Source: Eledone cirrhosa (lineage: Eukaryota). From it: 64,000 nucleotides of DNA. The stretch lies in the NCBI GenBank assembly GCA_964016885.1, contig OZ024748.1:34534001-34598000 (forward strand). The letters are read 5' to 3'. This document shows positions 56,119 to 64,000 of the stretch, one piece after another (within the stretch, counting starts at the first letter, position 1; every line of letters starts with the position of its first letter). The notes below the pieces were generated by a model. That model was not told the DNA's origin. It saw only the letters and a list, made by a program, of their open reading frames with translations, and made no database searches. Made by a program: the position numbers and the translations under genes.

Positions 56119-56356
56119 TGTTTCTTTATTAGCCACAGGGGCACAAAAGAAGGGGACAAATACAAAGGGGGAAGTTTACATACAATAAAAACGTGTAAAA
56201 TGTTATCACATATGTAATTTAAAAAGTTAGTCGATTTTCCCCAATAGGGGAGAGAGTTTATATGGGTAACACATACCCCCGAAAAAATGTGCAACCCTCA
56301 TCTCCAGGAGTACGAAGAGTTTGTACTCATTTCCTCTCCTCCTCCTTTTCCTCAAC

Positions 56357-59300
56357 CTACAGGCTGATATAGAGAGAAGGCCCATTCACTCGGGCCATTC
56401 TCGCCACTTTCACCCACCTTTCATAAAACTTGCTGGGGTACAGCACCTCTCTCTCCATCCTGATTCTTCTTCCAAAGTGGTATTTGAAAAAAAGAATCAG
56501 TTGTTGGCCGGAGAGAAAGGTGTCTGACCTCACCCCTTTCAACCTTGTCCACCATACAACCTCTTTCGCCATAGCTATCACACAAAGGAAAACCGCCTCT
56601 CCTTCGTTTTTGAAGGAGGGTGGCGGTTTGATCATGACAATGGACTCGGTGGTCAACTGGATTGGTCCCACCCGCGACAATAGTCGTTCTACATAGCCCC
56701 ACAGGTCAGTGACGCCCGGGCAGTGTATGAATGCGTGCGCGACGGTTTCTTCGTCTCGCACGCACCTCGGACAGATCTTTTTTGCAGGGTCCCTGCCCGG
56801 GCGCCCATGTCTGTAGAGCTTGTCTCGAACTGGTAGAGCTCCTCGGTAGCACTGCCAGGCCAGGGACTTTTGGAAGTTGTCCATTGGTCCCGGGCGGAAG
56901 GTCCTACCGAACAGACTGGCCAGTTCATCTTCCTCTACGCCGAGAGTTTCACCGAGCGCGTCGTCGCACTTGCTGCGGACCAACCCTCTATAGAATGACG
57001 AAGTGGAGTCTCCACTGATCTCCGGGTCCGCCTGCCAGAGGGCTGTGAGCGCCTGAGCACATTCGATGTGCCAGTCGCCCATTTTCCTCGGTCTCTGCTT
57101 GACCCAGGACTGCAGCTCGGTCAGCGAGACGAGTCGTGGGAAGGCTCGCCTCACGAACGGGGCCCACACCGGTTGTCCGGTGAGGAATACGGAGAGATGC
57201 CGCAGCCTGAGCGCGTGTTTGCGCATCGTCAACCACGGCATCCCCAGCCCTCCGTTAGAAGGGTGTTGGCAGCAGATGGATCTTCTCACCAAAGGAGCCC
57301 GCCTCTTCCAAAGGAATCGGAAGAGCGCGCGCTCCATTTTGGCGAGCGTTTTGGCTGGACAAGGCACGACGGTCAAGCGGTAGTAGATGGCGGACGCTAT
57401 ATAAGTGTTCGCCACCTCCGCTCGACCTTTCAAGGATAGTTTGCACTCGGCCCACTTCTGGGTGAGTGCAAACACCTTGGCCGTCACTTCGTTCCGGTTC
57501 TTCTCCACCTGGAGGTCCGGACCAAACCAGACCCCGAGCAGATTTACCGGTCCTTCCGTCCAGCATCCGACGACGCCATCGGAAGGCATCGGTCTGCCTC
57601 TCCACGATCCGAGTTGCAAACCGATGGACTTGTCCCGGTTCAGCTTCGCTCCTGTGAGACTTTCGTATTCCTTCAGTAAGGTGCCGACTTCCTCGATTTG
57701 CGAGGCGCTCGACACCATTACTGTCACGTCGTCGGCGTAGGCCGACGCCGCTTTCCGCAGTCCCGGTTCCAGAGGGATGCCCTGCAATAGCTCCAGCTTC
57801 CGCAGTAGTGGCTCGAGAGTCAGTACGTACAGAAGGGAGGAGAGAGGGCATCCCTGTCGAATGGATCGCGTAATATGGAACGGCTCCGAGAGGTAACCGT
57901 TCACCTTGACCCTTGAGCAGATGTTGCTGTTGTGCATTGCAGCAATCCAGCCCCTGAACACGGGTCCGAAGCCTGCCGCCTCGAGCACCGCATCCAGGTA
58001 ACGATGGTCAACCCTATCGAAAGCCTTAGACTGATCCAAGTTGATCAGGGCCCCACCGAAGCCGGGTTTACACCCTACCCTCTCTATGATGTATCGCATG
58101 AGGTGGAGGTTGTCGTGTATGGACCTGGTCGGGATTGCGCATGTCTGCGCTTCTCCCACCAGGTTCTCGACGACAAGCGCCAGCCTCTTTGCCAACACCT
58201 TGGCCAAAATCTGTAACTCTGTGTTTAGCAGAGTTATGGGCCGGAAGTTGCCTATGTCATCCCCCTTATTCTCGTCCTTCCTGATTAGTGTGACCACGCC
58301 CCCGGTTACAGAACTGAGAATTCTCCCGTTCTGTTGCCAGTTGCAGTAGACCGCTTCCAGGAGACCGGAGAATAAGTCCGGCATTGCTACGTATAATTCG
58401 TAGGGTAGACCGTCGAGACCTGGAGATTTGCGTTTGCCGCATTGGCTCAGCACGTCCCCTATCTCAGTGGCTGAAATCGGCTTTTCGCAGAACTTCGCCT
58501 CGCTGTCCGAGAGTCGCGGTAGGCCGTCGAGGTATGGACCGAAATCCATAGCCTCTCCCGGCGCGCCGCTCCCCCCGTACAGCCGAGCAAAGTGCCGCTG
58601 AAAAGCCGCACACATCTGCTTCGGCTCACGTATCACGCGTCCGTTTTGGTCCTTCAAAGACCGAATCGTGGACTTGTTGCCACTTTTTGCCTCCGTCACT
58701 CGGGCCCAGCAAACAGCTTTGGCTCCCTCGTTTCCCAGAGCACGTATTTTGCTTCTGACAACGCAGCCCTCGTGCTTTGCGTCGAAGAACTGGTCCAAGG
58801 CCGTTCTCGTTGCTAGCACGCTGGCTACGTTGCCACTTCTAATTGCCTCTTCTACTTTATCTACCAGTTCCTTCTCGGTTCTATTTCTATCTAACGCTAA
58901 TTCTTTACTAAAAGCTATCGAGTCTAATCTAACTGCCCTCTTGAGAGAGTACCACCATCTGTTGTTGACAATGGCCCCTGTCAAGTGCTGTTTAACTAAA
59001 GTGCTAATCCGTCTACTGTAGGCTTTGCTTGTCGGTAACGACAAGTTCAGCTTCCAGTAGCCGGGTCCTTGTCTATGGGTTCTATCAAGGTTGGCCATGC
59101 AGGTCACTAGTTTGTGATCTGAATAGGCAACCATGAACATTTGTGGACAGCTTAACATGTCCCTATCCTTATTTCTAACTAGAACCCTATCTAGGTACGA
59201 TCTAGATGATCCGCTACGATTACTCCACATCCACAGTGGCGCAGTCGGAAAATCTAGTCGATATCTATCGGCCAGGTCAAATCGGTCCATTAACTGTTTG

Positions 59301-59794
59301 AGGCTGTTACACCCCCCTTTATCGGGACATGCTCCCACATAGTCCCAACGTGCATCTAGGATTCCATTCCAGTCCCCCACTAAAAGCAAGGAGCGGGACG
59401 TTCCCAGAAAAGTCTCTAGACGTTTGAAGAAGTCTGGCCGCGGTGTGCCGGATGGGGCATATGCGGCCACCAGCCTGAACGCTCCACCTTCACAACCGTC
59501 AACGTCTAGGACCACCAGTCGACCCTCCGGGTCCAGATGTACCGTCTGTGTTACGAGGTCCAGGTGTTTCCGCAGCAAAACGGCAACTCCGCCCCCACCC
59601 CCCGGTTGACAGAGAGATGCGTAGATCTCAAAGTCATCGAAGATGGGGGCCAGCTGTCGCTCGCCGTGGATCCTGGACTCGCAAATGGCTACCACATCCA
59701 AACTGTGCGACCTGAGGTCGTTTAAGAGTTTTCCCCGTTTCCAGGGCATCCCCAGGCCGCGTACGTTCACACATCCAACTCTTATATTGGCCAT
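56357..59794 (-). CDS. L1/Tx1-clade LINE ORF2: APE endonuclease, reverse transcriptase and C-terminal Cys/His domain, intact 1145 aa
   Basis: NVRGL, GDWN, SYLD, SDH (APE); KSPGLDG, FRPITLLN, LDQSKAFD, RQGCPLS, AYADD (RT); CPRC...H...C. Confidence 0.97.
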   Translation of the reverse strand: MANIRVGCVNVRGLGMPWKRGKLLNDLRSHSLDVVAICESRIHGERQLAPIFDDFEIYASLCQPGGGGGVAVLLRKHLDLVTQTVHLDPEGRLVVLDVDGCEGGAFRLVAAYAPSGTPRPDFFKRLETFLGTSRSLLLVGDWNGILDARWDYVGACPDKGGCNSLKQLMDRFDLADRYRLDFPTAPLWMWSNRSGSSRSYLDRVLVRNKDRDMLSCPQMFMVAYSDHKLVTCMANLDRTHRQGPGYWKLNLSLPTSKAYSRRISTLVKQHLTGAIVNNRWWYSLKRAVRLDSIAFSKELALDRNRTEKELVDKVEEAIRSGNVASVLATRTALDQFFDAKHEGCVVRSKIRALGNEGAKAVCWARVTEAKSGNKSTIRSLKDQNGRVIREPKQMCAAFQRHFARLYGGSGAPGEAMDFGPYLDGLPRLSDSEAKFCEKPISATEIGDVLSQCGKRKSPGLDGLPYELYVAMPDLFSGLLEAVYCNWQQNGRILSSVTGGVVTLIRKDENKGDDIGNFRPITLLNTELQILAKVLAKRLALVVENLVGEAQTCAIPTRSIHDNLHLMRYIIERVGCKPGFGGALINLDQSKAFDRVDHRYLDAVLEAAGFGPVFRGWIAAMHNSNICSRVKVNGYLSEPFHITRSIRQGCPLSSLLYVLTLEPLLRKLELLQGIPLEPGLRKAASAYADDVTVMVSSASQIEEVGTLLKEYESLTGAKLNRDKSIGLQLGSWRGRPMPSDGVVGCWTEGPVNLLGVWFGPDLQVEKNRNEVTAKVFALTQKWAECKLSLKGRAEVANTYIASAIYYRLTVVPCPAKTLAKMERALFRFLWKRRAPLVRRSICCQHPSNGGLGMPWLTMRKHALRLRHLSVFLTGQPVWAPFVRRAFPRLVSLTELQSWVKQRPRKMGDWHIECAQALTALWQADPEISGDSTSSFYRGLVRSKCDDALGETLGVEEDELASLFGRTFRPGPMDNFQKSLAWQCYRGALPVRDKLYRHGRPGRDPAKKICPRCVRDEETVAHAFIHCPGVTDLWGYVERLLSRVGPIQLTTESIVMIKPPPSFKNEGEAVFLCVIAMAKEVVWWTRLKGVRSDTFLSGQQLILFFKYHFGRRIRMEREVLYPSKFYERWVKVARMARVNGPSLYISL

Positions 59795-59826
59795 GTTGGT
59801 GCTGAAAAGTTAAAAGAGGAAAAGAG

Positions 59827-61300
59827 ATCACTCACCCTTCGCCTCCTGGGGACCAGGCCGCACGATTTCCATGGGGGTGTTGGAGGGGTTGTCTGGATGG
59901 GTGGTGGTTTCCGGCGGGGTGGGGACGCAGATGTTTGGTGGGGTGGGGTCTGGTGGGATGGGGGTGTCTGGGTGGGGAGGCATTTGAGAAGGACGCGGTT
60001 GAGTGGTTTCACGCAGGAATTCCCCACATCCTTCTCAAATCTTTCTTTTAGGGACCTATAAGCTTGTATAGGGACCCTAATCGGTTTTAGGTTCAGTTTT
60101 TTGCTATTTTTTATAGAGTGGGCGAAAGTTTTCCCTTCGGTGAAAACCGAAGGGTCGTTCGTGATGGTCTCCATTAGTGTTTTGGTTTCAGTGTTTATGT
60201 AAGTGTAAGTGTAATTTTCTTGTGTTGTGTTTGTTTTTGTCTGTAGTTCTTGTGTGTGCTTTCGTTTTGTTGTAGGTATTTTGTTTTCAGGAGGTGGGGG
60301 TTTTGTTTGTGATATTTTTGTTGTTTGTGTTGGTGGTTGTATGTTTGTGGTAGTGTTTGCTGGTTTTTTGCTTTTGTGATGGCTTTTCTTTCTTTTCGAG
60401 CGATGGGGTTCTCCCTCGTCTTCACTGGGTGATGGCGAGATAGCCTCATCTGTTGTATCGTCTGTGTGATTGGGGAGGGGTATGTCTTGGGGAGCTGTTG
60501 TGTCTGTATGTGATTTTGCAGTGGTTTTAGGTGGAGTGGGGTTGGGTGGGACTGTGTTTGTTGTGGTTATTTTTGTGTGTTGGTGTTGTTGTTGTTGTGG
60601 TGGTGTTGGTGGTTGTGTTGTTTTGATGGGTGTCGGCAGAAGAGCCTTTTTTTGGTTCATTAGTTTAGGACAGGAAGCCCTCAGGTGACCCCTGCTAAAG
60701 CAATGGTAACATGAAGGCCGCCTACCCTCAACCGAAAGGTTTATGTAGGTGAGTCCGTCCAGGAGTACACGCTGTGGGATCATAGCTATTCGCTCTGGGC
60801 TCATTTGCACCAGAACTTCAATGCAAGTCCCATTGAATACATCTCTGGAGGACTTGCCTACTGACAGTATTCTGTCTTCATCAAAATTGATGAAGCCGCA
60901 CAGTATCCACCATATGTTCACCTTTGGTGTGACACTTGTGATTCTGATCTTTTGTGTCCTTTTTCCCATGTATGTAGGGAAAAAGGTGTACAGGTTGGAT
61001 ACAATTGGCGACACAGTAATTTTGGGCCGTCAATTGATCCTTCATCAGTACCGAAATACTCCCAAAAAGTTTGCTTCTTTGAATGAATGCAATATCATTC
61101 ATTGAATCTTTGAAAATCAGTTCAATATCTTTCTGTGACAATTGGACTGGTTTTCGGGTAGAATTGGAAACTGTCCTAAAAACTATCGTTTTGAGAGCAG
61201 TTTCCTTGCGAATTTCTACCGGAGAATTGATGCTGAAAGAACCATTCTTTTCGAAAGTGACATATCTCTTAGCGTCCTTTAAAAGTTGTTCGGCATTTGT
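59827..61300 (-). pseudogene. L1/Tx1 ORF1 (gag-like, CCHC knuckle), frameshifted and 5'-truncated
   Basis: CYHCFSRGHLRASC; 2-nt deletion near 61017 relative to 63575; C-terminal MEIVRPGPQEAKGE* lies in another frame by comparison with the 38332 copy. Confidence 0.88.
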
Positions 61301-61304
61301 CAGT

Positions 61305-64000
61305 TGTTCGGAAGGCATCGGTTTGTCTCTCCACGATCCGAGTTGCAAACCGATGGACTTGTCCCGGTTCAGCTTCGCTCCTGTGAAACTTTCGTGTTCC
61401 GTCAGTAAGGTGTTGACACGTCGTCGGCGTAGGCCGACCCCGCTTTCCGCACTCCCGGTTCCAGAGGGATGCCCTGCAATAGCTCCAACTTCCGCAGTAG
61501 TGGCTCGAGAGTCAGTACGTACAGAAGGGAGGAGAGAGGGCATCCCTGTCGAATGGATCGCGTGATATGGAACGGCTCTGAGAGCTAGCCGTTCACCTTG
61601 ACCCTTGAGCAGATGTTGCTGTTGTGCATTGCAGCAATCCAGCCCCTGAACACGGGTCCAAAGCCTGCCGCCTCGAGCACCGCATCCAGGTAACGATGGT
61701 CAACCCTATCGAAAGCCTTAGACTGATCCAAGTTGATCAGGGCCCCACCGAAGCCGGGTTTACACCCTACCCCCTCTATGATGTGTCGCATGTGGTGGAG
61801 GTTGTCGTGTATGGACCTGGTTGAGATTGCGCATGTCTGCGCTTCTCCCACCAGGTTCTCGACGACAAGCGCCAGCCTCTTTGCCAACACCTTGGCCAAA
61901 ATCTGTAACTCTGTGTTTAGCAGAGTTATGGGCCGGAAGTTGCCTATATCATCCCCCTTATTCTCGTCCTTCCTGACTAGTGTGACTACGCCCCCGGTCA
62001 CAGAACTGGGAATTCTCCCGTTCTGTTGCCAGTTGCAGTAGACCGCTTCCAGGAGACCGGAGAATAAGTCCGGCATTGCTACGTAAAATTCGTAGGGTAG
62101 ACCGTCGTGACCTGGAGATTTGTGTTTGCCGCATTGGCTCAGCGTGTCCCCTATCTCAGCAGCTGAAATCGGCCTTTCGCAGAACTTTGTCTCGCTGTCA
62201 GAGAGTCGCGGTAGGCCGTTGAGTTATGGACCGAAATCCATAGCCCCTCCCAGCGCGTCGCCCTTCCTGAACAGTTGAGCAAAGTGCCGCTGAAAGGCCG
62301 CACACATCTACTTCGGCTCACGTATCACGCGTCCGTTTTGGTCCTTCAAAGACCGAATCGTGGACTTGTTGCCACTTTTTGCCTCCGTCACTCGGGCCCA
62401 GCTAACAGCTTTGGCTCCCTCGTTTCCCAGAGCACGTATTTTGCTTCTGACAACGCAGCCCTCGTGCTTTGCGTCGAAGAACTGGTCCAAGGCCGTTCTC
62501 GTTGCTAGCACGCTGGCTACGTTACCACTTCTAATTGCCTCTTCTACTTTATCTACCAGTTGCTTCTCGGTTCTATTTCTATCTAATGCTAATCCTTTAC
62601 TAAAAACTAACGAGTCTAATCTAACTGCCCTCTTGAGAGAGTACCACCCTCTGTTGTTGACAATGGCCCATGTCAAGTGCTATTTAACTAAAGTGCTAAT
62701 CCGTCTACTGTAGGCTTTGCTTGTCGGTAACGACAAGTTGAGCTTCCAGTAGCCGGGTCCTTGTCTATGGGTTCTATCAAGGTTGGCCATGCAGGTCACT
62801 AGTTTGTGATCTGAATAGGCAACCATGAACATTTGTGGACAGCTTAACATGTCCCTATCCTTATTTCTAACTAGAACCCTATCTAGGTACGATCTAGATG
62901 TTCCGCTACGATTAGTCCACGTCCACAGTGGCACAGCCGGAAAATCTAGTCGATATCTATCGGCCTGGTCACATCAGTCCATTAACTGTTTGAGGCTGTT
63001 ACACCCCTCTTTATCGGGACATGCTCCGACATAGTCCCAACGTGCATCTAGGATTCCATTCCAGTCCCCCATTAAAAGCAAGGAGAGGGACGTTCCCAGA
63101 AAAGTCTCTAGACGTTTGAAGAAGTCTGGCCGCGGTGTCTCGGATGGGTCATATGCAGCCACCAGCCTGAAGGCTCCACCTTCACTACTGTCAACCTCTA
63201 GGACCACCAGTTGACCCTCCGGATGCAGATGTACCGTCTGTGTTACGAGGTCCAGGTGTTTTCGCAGCAAAACGGTAACCCCGTCCACACCCCCCGGCTG
63301 TGAATCCTGGACTCGCAAATGACTGCTACATCCATACTGTGCGACTTGAGGTCGTTTAAGAGTTTGACCTGTTTCCAGGGCATCCCCAGAACTTCAACCC
63401 TAGTCCCATTGAATACATCTCTGGGGGATTTTCCTACTGAAAGTATTTTGTCTTCATCAAAATTGATGAAGTCGCACAGTTTACCTTTGGTGTGACACTC
63501 GCGATTCTAATTTTTTGTGTCCCTTTTCCCATGTATGTAGGGAAAAAGGTATACATGTTGGATACAATTGGCGACACAGAGTAATTTTGGGCCGTCAATT
63601 GATCCTTCATGAGACCGAAATACTCCCAAAGAGTTTGCTTCTTTGAATGAATGAAATATCATTCATTGAATTTTTGAAAACCAAAAACCAGTTAAATTTC
63701 TTTCTGTGACAATTGGACTGGTTTTCGGGTAGAATTGGAAACTGTCCTAAAAAATATCGTTTTGAGAGCAGTTTCCTTGCGAATTTCTACCGGAGAATTG
63801 ATGCTGAAAGAACCATTCTTTTCGAAAGTGACATATCTCTTAGCGTCCTTTAAAAGTTGTTCGGCATTTGTAATGTCGAGATATGTTAGTTCCTCCTTTT
63901 TCTGAAGTGTCTGTGCAAAGGAGATTTTCGGTTTCTTTGTGGAATTAACCGTGTTGGTGGTGTTGTCATTATTGTTGCTATTGTTGTTGTTATTCTTGTT
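61305..64000 (-). pseudogene. Further L1/Tx1 copy upstream in tandem: ORF1 5' part fused to disrupted ORF2 5' half
   Basis: 61305-63389 closely matches 57580-59755 with deletions and stops; 63390-63870 matches ORF1 60810-61300. Confidence 0.92.

Noticed and set aside
56421-63034. Antisense and alternate-frame ORFs over the LINEs
   Set aside because: Shadow ORFs of GC-rich ORF2 with no independent motifs

Overview
Eukaryotic, AT-rich, repeat-saturated DNA with no recognisable host gene. The SINE families resemble those of octopus-like cephalopods (from memory, not searched). The window holds long (AT)n, (GT)n and (GATA)n microsatellites, two minisatellites, tRNA-derived SINEs, RTE LINE fragments and a cluster of L1/Tx1-type LINEs, one with an intact 1145-aa APE-RT ORF2. 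It also holds a 2.7-kb non-autonomous LTR element nested in an L1 ORF1 and at least three Penelope-like element (PLE) lineages, including a near-intact RT/GIY-YIG element at 48.2-50.3 kb. The main hidden layer, folded by eye, is a set of at least seven sequence-distinct type I hammerhead ribozyme (HHR) motifs in PLE terminal repeats and in ORF-less fold-back elements sitting in (AT)n tracts. These include a variant-core HHR (CAGAAGA, CUU triplet) conserved in five copies, HHRs with very long stem II insertions, and a ~2.47-kb near-perfect palindrome with an HHR motif on each arm. Most ORF-track entries are microsatellite artefacts.
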